DNA of 30,195 nucleotides from Caldisericaceae bacterium (lineage in GTDB: Bacteria > Caldisericota > Caldisericia > Caldisericales > Caldisericaceae): the NCBI GenBank assembly GCA_049967855.1, contig JBMFRX010000015.1:1-30195 (forward strand), given 5' to 3'. The notes beneath the pieces are model-generated. The model had not been told where the DNA came from and made no database searches. It saw nothing but the letters and a program-made list of their open reading frames with translations. Numbering within the stretch: position 1 is the stretch's first letter; every line of letters begins with the position of its first letter. The translations under genes were made by a program, and so were the position numbers. Shown one piece after another: positions 16,782-25,726 of this stretch.

Positions 16782-18760
16782 TGGATAAACTGTTTAAGAT
16801 TGTATCAGATTTTGAACCTACAGGAGACCAGCCCGAAGCTATTGAGGGGCTCATAAGAGGTTTAGAAAGTGGATATAAATTTCAGACGCTGCTTGGGGTG
16901 ACAGGTTCAGGTAAAACATTCACTATGGCAAAGGTTATAGAACATTCTCAAAAACCTACACTTGTGATTTCTCACAACAAAACCCTTGCGGCACAACTTT
17001 ATTCAGAATTTAAAAGATTCTTTCCTGAAAATGAGGTGCACTATTTTGTGAGTTATTACGACTTTTACCAGCCTGAGGCATATGTTCCGACCATAGATTT
17101 ATATATAGCAAAAAATGCTGACATAAATGAAGACATAGCAAGATTAAGACATGCAACAGTCAGAGCTTTGCTTGAAAGAAGAGATGTAATAGTTGTTGCA
17201 TCTGTCTCTTGTATTTACGGTTGGGATTCTCCAGATGAATACAGGGAACAACTTTTTACGTGCACTGTTGGATCTAAAATGAATAGAGGCAACATTGCTA
17301 TAAATCTAACGCGCCTTCAATACGAAAGAAATGACATCAACTTCAGAAATGGAACTTTCAGAATAAGAGGCGATATAGTTGATGTTTTCCCAAAGGAATC
17401 AGAGTTAGCAATAAGGATAGATTTATTTGGTGACGAGATAAGCTCAATTACAGAGTTTGACCCCCTTACGAATGAAATTATAAGAAGGCTTGAATCATTC
17501 ACATTTTTTCCTGCGGCCCAGTTCATTACAACTGGCGACAGAATCAACAAATATGCAGAAGAGATTCTCAAGGACCTTGAGATACGCGTAAACTTCTTCA
17601 GACAACATGGTAAACTTGTTGAGGCTCAACGTCTTGAAGAGCGTACGAAATACGACATTGAAATGTTGAAGGAAACAGGCTACTGCTCTGGCATAGAGAA
17701 TTATTCAAGATATTTTTCTGGCAGAATGCCTGGAGAGGAACCTTATACTCTAATCAACTTTTTCCCTGACGATTACATTCTATTCATTGATGAATCCCAT
17801 ATTACTGTGCCACAACTGAGAGGTATGTACAGGGGAGACCATGACAGAAAGCTCACACTTGCAAATTACGGATTTAGGCTTCCTTCAGCTATGGATAACA
17901 GGCCGCTAAGATTTGATGAATTCGTGAAACATATTAATCAGTGCATTTTTGTTTCGGCTACACCTTCTGAGTTTGAATTATCTCAAAGTAGTTTTGTAGC
18001 AGAGCAACTTGTACGCCCAACGGGTTTAATAGACCCAGAAATAACAATTAGGCCATCAAAAGGACAAATAGAAGACCTTATGAAAGAAGTGAGTATAAGA
18101 GCAGAAAAAGGTGAACGCGTACTTGTGACGACACTTACAAAGAAATTTGCCGAAGAACTCACCGCATACTTGACTGAAAGAGGCATAAGGGCAAGATACC
18201 TTCACTCGGATATTAAAACACTTGAAAGAGTGGAAATACTCAAAGGATTGCGTTCAGGAGAATACGATTGTCTTGTCGGAGTGAACCTCTTAAGGGAAGG
18301 GCTTGACCTTCCAGAAGTATCCCTCGTTGCAATTCTTGATGCAGACAAAGAAGGATTTCTCAGGTCGGAAGTCTCTCTTATTCAAACTATGGGGCGAGCT
18401 GCAAGGAATGTATCAGGCTCGGTGATTATGTATGCAGACAACATCACTGACTCAATGCGCAGAGCTGTTGCAGAAACAAAGAGGCGCAGGGAAAAACAAG
18501 AGAAATACAATCTGGAACATCACATCATACCTCAAACGATTAGAAAAGCCATAACAGACCTGATTGACCTGCCATGGAGAAAAGAAGAGGAGCTCACAAA
18601 TGTTGATTTAACAGAGCTTTCAGAAGAGGAGTTTAAAGCTTTTATTACAGAACTTGAAGAAGAGATGCACCTAAAAGCAGAAACTCTTGACTTTGAAGAG
18701 GCAATTAAAATAAGAGATAAAATTGACAAGCTCATAGAGCTAAGGAGAGGAAAGAAATGA
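16781..18760 (+). CDS. uvrB: Excinuclease ABC subunit B
   Basis: PTGDQP.AI, GVTGSGKTFT, YFVSYYDFYQPEAY, DESH, LLREGLD.PEV and C-terminal UVR motif FEEA..IRD. Confidence 0.99.
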   Translation: MDKLFKIVSDFEPTGDQPEAIEGLIRGLESGYKFQTLLGVTGSGKTFTMAKVIEHSQKPTLVISHNKTLAAQLYSEFKRFFPENEVHYFVSYYDFYQPEAYVPTIDLYIAKNADINEDIARLRHATVRALLERRDVIVVASVSCIYGWDSPDEYREQLFTCTVGSKMNRGNIAINLTRLQYERNDINFRNGTFRIRGDIVDVFPKESELAIRIDLFGDEISSITEFDPLTNEIIRRLESFTFFPAAQFITTGDRINKYAEEILKDLEIRVNFFRQHGKLVEAQRLEERTKYDIEMLKETGYCSGIENYSRYFSGRMPGEEPYTLINFFPDDYILFIDESHITVPQLRGMYRGDHDRKLTLANYGFRLPSAMDNRPLRFDEFVKHINQCIFVSATPSEFELSQSSFVAEQLVRPTGLIDPEITIRPSKGQIEDLMKEVSIRAEKGERVLVTTLTKKFAEELTAYLTERGIRARYLHSDIKTLERVEILKGLRSGEYDCLVGVNLLREGLDLPEVSLVAILDADKEGFLRSEVSLIQTMGRAARNVSGSVIMYADNITDSMRRAVAETKRRREKQEKYNLEHHIIPQTIRKAITDLIDLPWRKEEELTNVDLTELSEEEFKAFITELEEEMHLKAETLDFEEAIKIRDKIDKLIELRRGKK

Positions 18761-19569
18761 AAATCGGTTTGGCACTTGGAAGCGGCGGGCCAAGAGGATT
18801 GGCACATATTGGCGTTCTGAAAACCCTTATAAACAACGGAATAGAACCAGACATAATTGCAGGGACAAGCATTGGAGCACTTGTAGGAGGTGCTTATTCC
18901 GTATTTGGTTCTCTTGATGAAGTGGAAGAGCTCGCTTACTCATCCGATATGAGAACTGTAATTTCTGTTCTTTTTGACCCTACTCTAAGGCTGGGGATAA
19001 TTAAGGGGCAAAAGGTAGTCAAATTTCTAAGAGAGAAAATTGGCAACCCCCTCATTGAGGACCTTGAAAAAGAGTTCTGCTCAGTAGCGACAAATATAAA
19101 CACGGGGGAATCTGTTGTTTTTGACAGAGGAGAGCTTGTCACCGCAATAAGAGCAAGTATATCGATTCCATTTATGTTCCAACCTGTAAAAGTAGGAGAT
19201 ATGTTGCTTGTGGATGGGGGGCTAACCGAGAATGTCCCCGCAAAAATCCTTAGGCAAAAAGGTGCCTCACTTGTTATCGCAGTTAATCTGAATGCAAAAC
19301 TTTCAAACTCTTTCTATGGTTCGATGAAATCTCCTGTAGGTCTCTACAAAATCGCTGACGAATCAATTAACATACTTCAATATAATCTCGCCAAAGAGAA
19401 TTGTAAACACGCAGATATTGTTATTGCTCCCGATGTTTATGGCGCAGGGTGGGACAGCTTCTGGAAGCCCCAGGAAGTCATAGAAGCAGGAGAAAAAGCC
19501 ACACAAGCAATGATTGGAGATATAAAGAGCAAATTGAAAAGAGGCCAATTCTTGAGGAAAATAATTTAG
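18757..19569 (+). CDS. Patatin-like phospholipase (NTE/RssA family)
   Basis: GSGGPRGLAHIGV, GTSIG nucleophile elbow and DGG. ATGA overlap with uvrB. Confidence 0.93.
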   Translation: MKIGLALGSGGPRGLAHIGVLKTLINNGIEPDIIAGTSIGALVGGAYSVFGSLDEVEELAYSSDMRTVISVLFDPTLRLGIIKGQKVVKFLREKIGNPLIEDLEKEFCSVATNINTGESVVFDRGELVTAIRASISIPFMFQPVKVGDMLLVDGGLTENVPAKILRQKGASLVIAVNLNAKLSNSFYGSMKSPVGLYKIADESINILQYNLAKENCKHADIVIAPDVYGAGWDSFWKPQEVIEAGEKATQAMIGDIKSKLKRGQFLRKII

Positions 19570-19605
19570 CCTCAACAAAATTGCAACCAGTGGTATAATT
19601 CAAAT

Positions 19606-19848
19606 ATGGAAATAAAAGTACTTTTCTTTGGACCTGCAGAAAGGATAACAGGCAAGAGAGAGATTAATTTAAGTTTTGGCGGACAAACTCTTTACGATTT
19701 AAAAATTGCTTTATTGAGACTTTACCCAGAAATTAGCAGTGTCCTCGAGACATCAATGTTAGCAATAAATAGAGAATACTGCCAACTTTCAACTTGCATA
19801 AGTGATGGAGATGAAGTTGCAATAATCCCGCCTGTTGGAGGAGGATAA
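19606..19848 (+). CDS. moaD: MoaD/ThiS-family sulfur carrier protein
   Basis: 80 aa; IKVLFFG, AIN.EY, DGDEVAIIPPVGGG with C-terminal Gly-Gly; adjacent to moaE. Confidence 0.92.
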   Translation: MEIKVLFFGPAERITGKREINLSFGGQTLYDLKIALLRLYPEISSVLETSMLAINREYCQLSTCISDGDEVAIIPPVGGG

Positions 19849-20232
19849 ATGATAGAGCTGGTAAAGACAAGGATTCACGAGCAAGAAGTAATTGACAGCT
19901 TACGCTCAGATGCAGCCGGTAGCGTGCTCGTATTTATTGGCGAGCCACGAAGAAGCGATGATGATGGAAAAGTTGTATCAATAGAATACTCAGCTTATGA
20001 AGAAATGGCAATAAAGGAACTCAACAAAATCGAGGCAGAGGCTCGTAAAAAGGAAGGGATAATAGATATCGTAATCATCCACAGAGTAGGAGATGTGCCT
20101 CTCAAAGAAACGTCGCTTCTCGTTATAGTGACGTCGGCTCACAGAAAAGAAGGGTATGAGGTCTCACAATGGATTGTAGAAGAAATAAAAAGTAAAGTCC
20201 CAATCTGGAAAGAGGTTAAACTTGAGAATTAA
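19849..20232 (+). CDS. moaE: Molybdopterin synthase catalytic subunit
   Basis: G....F.G..R, EY.AYEEMA, HRVG, S.HR and K..VPIWKE. Confidence 0.92.
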   Translation: MIELVKTRIHEQEVIDSLRSDAAGSVLVFIGEPRRSDDDGKVVSIEYSAYEEMAIKELNKIEAEARKKEGIIDIVIIHRVGDVPLKETSLLVIVTSAHRKEGYEVSQWIVEEIKSKVPIWKEVKLEN

Positions 20233-20253
20233 AGCAGAGATAAAGGAGTTTAT

Positions 20254-20700
20254 ATGAGAGAGACAGGTGTAGTTAAAAGCATAAAAGGAGACTACGCAGA
20301 AGTGAGAGCAGCCACTGCAAGTGAGTGTAGCAGTTGTCCGCTAAATTCAAGCTGCGCGTCGACTTCACTCAGGAATGATGAAACAATAACAGTAATAAAT
20401 GACATTGGCGCTGAAGTGGGAGACATTGTTTCATTTGAGTATAATCCAAAGGATATAAACAATGGTTACTTAATTATATACGGCATCCCGACACTTGCGC
20501 TAATTATAGGCTTTGTATTTGGGATTATCCTTGAAAAAGTCTTCAGAATACATTTCTTACCACTGGAAGACTCGACTACTGTAATACTCACGGTAATTTT
20601 CGTAATCGCAAGCATTCCTGTAGTGAGATTCTTTGACTCTAAAGTAAAATCACATTTTTACATCTACGAAATTATTGCAAAGAATCCATTAAAAAGGTAA
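20254..20700 (+). CDS. RseC/MucC-family (SoxR-reducing system) membrane protein
   Basis: M.E.GVV, CSSCPLNSSC, N.IGA.VGD.V and YGIP followed by two TM helices. AAGGAG RBS. Confidence 0.85.
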   Translation: MRETGVVKSIKGDYAEVRAATASECSSCPLNSSCASTSLRNDETITVINDIGAEVGDIVSFEYNPKDINNGYLIIYGIPTLALIIGFVFGIILEKVFRIHFLPLEDSTTVILTVIFVIASIPVVRFFDSKVKSHFYIYEIIAKNPLKR

Positions 20701-20706
20701 ATTAAA

Positions 20707-21495
20707 TTAGTTGTTAGCAAATAGCGTTGCTGGGGCCATATTATGCCTTACGCTAATGGAAGGGTTCACTGAGATTATTTCTGCTCCATTACCTATGAGC
20801 ATTTTTGCCTTTCTCATCTCTGACATTGAAAGAGCAGAAACTATTTTCAAGGCAGGAGCTCTTACGATTGTATTCAGATGAACCTTATCAGGCCTTATAT
20901 AGCCAAGTACTTTACGTAGGCCAAGGTAATTGCTTTCAGAGTCATTCAAACCCTTAACCAGAAGTATCTCAATCCAGAGCTCTTTCTTGAACTCTTTCCT
21001 GAAATCAATTATTCCTTTTATAACTTCACTGAGTTTTACGGAAGGGTCATTTTTGTTGATATTCGAATATTCTTCTTCTATGGCTGAATTGAGTGTAAAC
21101 TTAACAATATCGGCATTCATCAAATCATTCTTCACTTCATCAAGGCCTATAAGAGAACCGTTCGAAAGAACGGCTATCGGGACTGATGTAAACTCCTTGA
21201 TTTCAGAAATCATATGACCAATCTCGGAATTTAAGGTTGGTTCACCGAGCCCAGAAAAAGTTATGTGGTCAAGGGGCCCTGTGTATTTGGACAAGAACGC
21301 TTTAACTTCACCTACAATTTCTTCTTTCTGAATATACTCCTTACGCTCTGTTGTAATAAGAGTTGTCTTCCCAACTTCACAGTAAACACAATCAAAGCTG
21401 CACACTTTCCTTGGAACGGTTGTAATCCCCAAAGAAAACCCCAACCTCCTAGACCTAACGGGTCCATAAACGTATCTCAATTCGCTTTCCTCCAA
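20707..21495 (-). CDS. Radical SAM protein (TYW1-like bacterial subfamily, function unknown)
   Basis: YVYGPV.SRRLG.SLG, CSFDCVYC, ITFSG.GEPTL, LSNGS, EILLV.GLND and LNT..R.P. TTG start. Confidence 0.88.
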   Translation of the reverse strand: MEESELRYVYGPVRSRRLGFSLGITTVPRKVCSFDCVYCEVGKTTLITTERKEYIQKEEIVGEVKAFLSKYTGPLDHITFSGLGEPTLNSEIGHMISEIKEFTSVPIAVLSNGSLIGLDEVKNDLMNADIVKFTLNSAIEEEYSNINKNDPSVKLSEVIKGIIDFRKEFKKELWIEILLVKGLNDSESNYLGLRKVLGYIRPDKVHLNTIVRAPALKIVSALSMSEMRKAKMLIGNGAEIISVNPSISVRHNMAPATLFANN

Positions 21496-21515
21496 TAATA
21501 AAATTTAACGATAGA

Positions 21516-21607
21516 ATTTTATATAATTTCCCCTATTTGTCAATACCTTTTAGGGGCATTTAGTCACTTTTTTTAAAAATCCATAAAACCCTCTTTTGTG
21601 CTATAAT
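21516..21607. promoter_or_regulatory. Divergent promoters for the radical SAM and MFS genes
   Basis: Minus strand TTGACA (21543-21538), 16 bp, TAAAAT (21521-21516). Plus strand extended -10 TGCTATAAT (21599-21607). Confidence 0.55.
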
Positions 21608-21651
21608 TAATAGGAAAAACAAAAATCAAAAACACGAATTTGGAATGAAAT

Positions 21652-23013
21652 ATGGCAACAGATTTAGAAAAAAACAACTATAAAAATTTGAAAAGCAATA
21701 ACAAACTGCTCGACAAAATTAGAGAACAGGCTAATTTGCATTTTCCAGCACTTGGGCACAGAAATTTTCAGCTTTTTTTCTACGGTCAGATAATTTCTCT
21801 CATTGGTACGTGGGTGCAGAATATCGGACAAGGATGGCTTGTCCTTTCATTGACAAATTCTCCATTTCTGCTTGGATTGCTTACCGCTGTTCAGTTTGTG
21901 CCGATGATGCTATTTTCACTTCACGCGGGAGTCTTTGTTGACAGATACTCAAAAAGAAAAATCCTTCTTGTAACCCAATCGAGTCTTGCAATACTTGCAG
22001 CTTTGCTTGGGCTGCTTGCCGGCCTACACATAGTGCAGTACTGGCATGTTATGATTCTTGCACTGGTTTCTGGAATAGTAAACTCAATAGATATGACAGC
22101 AAGACAAACTTTCTATGTGGACTTAGTTGGGAAGGAAGATTTAATGAATGCAATTTCTCTTGGATCATCTACTTTTAATCTTGCAAGAATAATCGGACCA
22201 GCAATTGCAGGAATACTAATTGCAAAACTCGGATACGCAACAGGTTTTTATTTGAACGCTTTGAGTTTTGTTCCAGTGATTGCTGCCATTTACATTATGC
22301 ATACCGACAGCAAAACTTCAAACGCAAAGTATAAATCTGACAACATTAATAAAGAGATTCTCGAAGGCATTCGATACGTAAAGAACAGCCCAATAATAAT
22401 TATATCTCTTTCACTTCTTGCAGTTGTTAACATATTTGCTCTAAATTTCAATGTACTTGTGCCAGTTTTCGTAAAGGACGTCCTTAAAATGGGGTCCCAG
22501 GAATATGGCTTGATTATGTCTGCAATGGGGTTAGGGGCACTTATTGGGTCAGTAGCTCTTGCTTCGATAAGCCACAAAGGAGTGAAAGATTATTATATTT
22601 TTGGGGGAGCTTTATTTTTATCTATCTTCCTTATATTGTTTGGAATACAAAAAAGCGTTTTAATGTCGTCTGTTATGATTGCAATTTCAGGAATAGCTAT
22701 GATTGTTTTCCTGAATTCCACCAATACAACTCTCCAGATAAACTCTGATGACCATTTCAGAGGCAGGGTTATGAGCTTCTATTCCCTTGTTTTCGGAGGT
22801 TTTACTCCCATTGGGTCTCTCTACGCAGGAACGGTTTCTCAGTATGTAGGTTCAGGGTTGACGCTTATAATAAGTGGGGCTGTGACTTTCTCTGCAACAA
22901 TAGTATTTTACCTTGCTTGGTACCGACGAAGGTTTGGAAAGCTTTTCAAAGCAGAGTTAGAAACACCTTATGAGCAGAGCTCATCAGTTCAAATTAACGA
23001 GGCCAAAAAATGA
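21652..23013 (+). CDS. MFS transporter (MFS_3/EntS-like exporter)
   Basis: RNF.LF..GQ..S..GTW.Q, G.FVDRYSKR, N.ARIIGPAIAG and FRGRVMS.Y; about 12 TM helices. Confidence 0.92.
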   Translation: MATDLEKNNYKNLKSNNKLLDKIREQANLHFPALGHRNFQLFFYGQIISLIGTWVQNIGQGWLVLSLTNSPFLLGLLTAVQFVPMMLFSLHAGVFVDRYSKRKILLVTQSSLAILAALLGLLAGLHIVQYWHVMILALVSGIVNSIDMTARQTFYVDLVGKEDLMNAISLGSSTFNLARIIGPAIAGILIAKLGYATGFYLNALSFVPVIAAIYIMHTDSKTSNAKYKSDNINKEILEGIRYVKNSPIIIISLSLLAVVNIFALNFNVLVPVFVKDVLKMGSQEYGLIMSAMGLGALIGSVALASISHKGVKDYYIFGGALFLSIFLILFGIQKSVLMSSVMIAISGIAMIVFLNSTNTTLQINSDDHFRGRVMSFYSLVFGGFTPIGSLYAGTVSQYVGSGLTLIISGAVTFSATIVFYLAWYRRRFGKLFKAELETPYEQSSSVQINEAKK

Positions 23014-23555
23014 AAATCAAAAAATCGCTGAAGCTATTCTCAATTTTCTTCTATATTGGCCTCTTTACAATAGGCGGAGGATATGCAATGATTCCCTTGA
23101 TGAAGGAATTTCTTGTAAAGAAAGAGAAATACATTGACGAAGACAAGTTTATGGAGATCTTTGCAATATCTCAAATCACGCCTGGGCCGATTGCAATAAA
23201 TATGGCAACCTTTGTTGGATACGAGCAAGAAGGCATTTTAGGTTCTTCATTTGCCACGCTTGGCGTAGTGCTGCCATCTCTTATAATTATTACAGCCATT
23301 TCAATGTTTTTTGTAAACATAACCAAGTTCAGCTTTGTTCAGAAACTTTTCATCGGAATACTGACAGGCGTTGCTGGAGAAATAGCTTATTTAACTTTTG
23401 ATATGGCACTTAAGATGAAAACCAATATTTTTAATATCGCAATTCTGTTACTGTCGCTAATAGAGCTTTTCTTGCTAAAAATGAATCCGATTTATGTAAT
23501 ACTAATAGGAGGAGCAATCGGCCTTCTCTTGGGAAGAGGCGTTAACGGACAATGA
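23010..23555 (+). CDS. Short-chain chromate ion transporter (CHR) subunit 1
   Basis: F.IGLFTIGGGYAM, SQ.TPGP..IN.ATFVG and G..LPS. Confidence 0.92.
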   Translation: MKIKKSLKLFSIFFYIGLFTIGGGYAMIPLMKEFLVKKEKYIDEDKFMEIFAISQITPGPIAINMATFVGYEQEGILGSSFATLGVVLPSLIIITAISMFFVNITKFSFVQKLFIGILTGVAGEIAYLTFDMALKMKTNIFNIAILLLSLIELFLLKMNPIYVILIGGAIGLLLGRGVNGQ

Positions 23556-24070
23556 TATTCGTAAGGGTGTTTTTGGAGTTTTTTAAAATCGGGGCTGTAA
23601 CGTTCGGCGGAGGTCAAGCAATGCTCCCAATTCTCCAAAGAGAGCTTGTTACTAATTTAAACTGGCTTTCGATGGACAAATTCCTGTACTTTGTTTCCGT
23701 ATCAGAAGTGACACCAGGTCCTGTTGCGTTAAATATGGCGACATTCATTGGATTTGAGATGAAAGGGATTGTTGGCGCAATCACCGCCACCGCTGGTGTT
23801 GTTGCCCCTTCTTTCATTATCATACTTCTAATTGCTTCGTTTGCTCATAGGTTCAGAGAGAACAAGATATATAAGAGATTTATGAGCGGAATAAAACCAG
23901 TCATCATAGCTTTGCTTGCAAATGCAATTTATCTGATAACGTTAAAAGGATTTAAAGGCCCTATTCCGTACCTTATGGCAGGAGGTGCTTTTTTCTTATT
24001 CTACAAGTGGAAATTGAATCCTGTAATTTTGCTTCTAATAATGGGAGCCTTAGGAATCTTGATTTTGTAA
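23552..24070 (+). CDS. Short-chain chromate ion transporter (CHR) subunit 2
   Basis: FFKIG..TFGGG, SE.TPGP...N.ATFIG, PSF and GIKP. ATGA overlap with subunit 1. Confidence 0.92.
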   Translation: MIFVRVFLEFFKIGAVTFGGGQAMLPILQRELVTNLNWLSMDKFLYFVSVSEVTPGPVALNMATFIGFEMKGIVGAITATAGVVAPSFIIILLIASFAHRFRENKIYKRFMSGIKPVIIALLANAIYLITLKGFKGPIPYLMAGGAFFLFYKWKLNPVILLLIMGALGILIL

Positions 24071-24365
24071 AAGTTGAGACCGAGAGATGATCTTTCAAAT
24101 AACCTAAGATGAGTTCTGTTTGTTTATATGTTTACTGTTTTGCATGCAATTATTTAACTTTAAAGTGAGGCTCCTTACCACTAAGAATAAGTTGCAAAAA
24201 AGCAAAGGACAATCAATTTGATGAGAAAATCATAGGGATAAACAAGAAAACATTTTTCAGTTTAATAAGCGTTATTTTCTTCATTAGTTTGCAACCCATT
24301 GTTGAAGTACAAGGCTTTATTCACAAAGAGAATTGCTGAATTCGAACAAGCAATTTCAGTAATGC

Positions 24366-24410
24366 TTGCATATAAAGACCTGGCGCTATAATATAATTTG
24401 TATAAGGAGG
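24366..24410 (+). promoter_or_regulatory. Promoter and RBS of msrA
   Basis: TTGCAT (24366-24371), 17 bp, TAATAT within TATAATATAAT; AAGGAGG before ATG 24415. Confidence 0.6.
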
Positions 24411-24414
24411 CTTT

Positions 24415-24891
24415 ATGAAAGAAATAGTTTTTGCAGGTGGATGTTTTTGGGGTATCGAGGAATATATGTCAAGGATTAGTGGAGTTGTCTACACAAGAGT
24501 CGGTTATGCTAATGGTACTAAAGAAAACCCAACTTATGAAGATGTGTGCACTAATACGACAGGGCACGCCGAGGCTTGCTATGTAAAGTTTGACGAAAAT
24601 GTTATTTCGCTTGCTGAGTTGCTCAACAAGTTCTGGGGAGTCATTGACCCAACTTCGCTTAACAGGCAAGGAAACGATAGAGGTTCGCAGTACAGGACGG
24701 GCATATATTACATAGACAAGGAAGACCTGGCAACGATACTTGAAACGTTGAAAGAGACTCAAAAACATTACAATAAACCAATAGTAACAGAAATAGAGCC
24801 GCTCAAAGTATTCTATGACGCAGAAGAATATCACCAGCATTATCTAAAGAAGAACCCTAACGGATACTGCCACATAAATTTGGAGAAATAA
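24415..24891 (+). CDS. msrA: Peptide-methionine (S)-S-oxide reductase
   Basis: [18 protein letters not shown]...TGHAE, DPT..NRQG.D.G.QYRTG and AEEYHQ.YL.KNP.GYC. Confidence 0.98.
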   Translation: MKEIVFAGGCFWGIEEYMSRISGVVYTRVGYANGTKENPTYEDVCTNTTGHAEACYVKFDENVISLAELLNKFWGVIDPTSLNRQGNDRGSQYRTGIYYIDKEDLATILETLKETQKHYNKPIVTEIEPLKVFYDAEEYHQHYLKKNPNGYCHINLEK

Positions 24892-25118
24892 AATTTCTGT
24901 AAGCTTCTGTTAAATGCAGAATTGAATTTACACCTGTTACCAAACCTCGCTTTTGAAATTTCTTCTCAAGTTGAGCACTTCTCCAGCCTGGTACAGAATC
25001 AAGGCAATTATTCTTTTTGAAAATTCAAGTCCATTCGTGAGAAGCCAATAGAAAGACCCCCAATAGCTTAAAACTCTCTTGAAAGATTATTTTGCTTTCT
25101 TGCCATTCTGTGATAAAA

Positions 25119-25140
25119 TATGACTGACCAGTCAGTCATA
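25119..25140. promoter_or_regulatory. Perfect palindromic operator, probably TetR autoregulation site
   Basis: TATGACTGAC-CA-GTCAGTCATA (10-bp arms), abutting an extended -10 TGATAAAAT (25111-25119), upstream of the TetR gene. Confidence 0.85.
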
Positions 25141-25165
25141 AATGAGAGATTGAGAGGAGCCAAAA

Positions 25166-25726
25166 ATGAAAAATGAGAATAACAAGAGAGAAAGAATCAT
25201 TTCAGTTGCTTTAGATCTCTTCCTCGAGAATGGTTTTGCCAGAACTTCTGTGGAGGAAATCGCAAGCAATGCAGGTATTGCAAAAGGTAGCTTCTACAAC
25301 TACTTTGAGTCAAAGGATAAATTGCTCGAGCAAATAGTTAGAGAAACCGTGCAGGATATCGAACGCGACTTAAAGACTGATATTGAACACAATACTAATC
25401 AAGTAAAAGCAATAGAAAACTACCTTGAAACAAATATTGAGCTTTCCAAAAAGTATACTCCAGCAATTCTAATTTCATTAAGGGAAGCAGGAATATTTCC
25501 AATATCGGGAAGAGAAAATCTTGCGTCACTGGTAAACCTTGAAATAAGGCAAGCTATCGAAGAATTCATAGTTTCACTTAAGGGTGCTGCTCACGAAGAG
25601 GAAGTATCAATGCTTTGGGGAGTAACTCTTGCTCTTTGGATTGACATCACATTCAACAACATATCTCCATCTATTGAGAAGCTTGCAAATATAATATGGG
25701 ACGGGTTGAAATGGAAGACAAAGTAG
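25166..25726 (+). CDS. TetR/AcrR-family transcriptional regulator
   Basis: A..LF.E.GF..TSVEEIA..AGIAKGSFY.YF.SK..LL helix-turn-helix; GAGGAG RBS. Confidence 0.96.
   Translation: MKNENNKRERIISVALDLFLENGFARTSVEEIASNAGIAKGSFYNYFESKDKLLEQIVRETVQDIERDLKTDIEHNTNQVKAIENYLETNIELSKKYTPAILISLREAGIFPISGRENLASLVNLEIRQAIEEFIVSLKGAAHEEEVSMLWGVTLALWIDITFNNISPSIEKLANIIWDGLKWKTK

Noticed and set aside
14141..19569. PolX, patatin and HD genes as an anti-phage defence or mobile island
   Set aside because: The patatin is a stand-alone NTE/RssA type, and there is no cyclase, integrase or other defence gene; the context is housekeeping.
24071..24365. Riboswitch, ncRNA or gene remnant in the gap before msrA (likewise 24892-25090)
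   Set aside because: No recognisable conserved RNA motif, strong hairpin or convincing ORF by eye; a covariance-model search would be needed.
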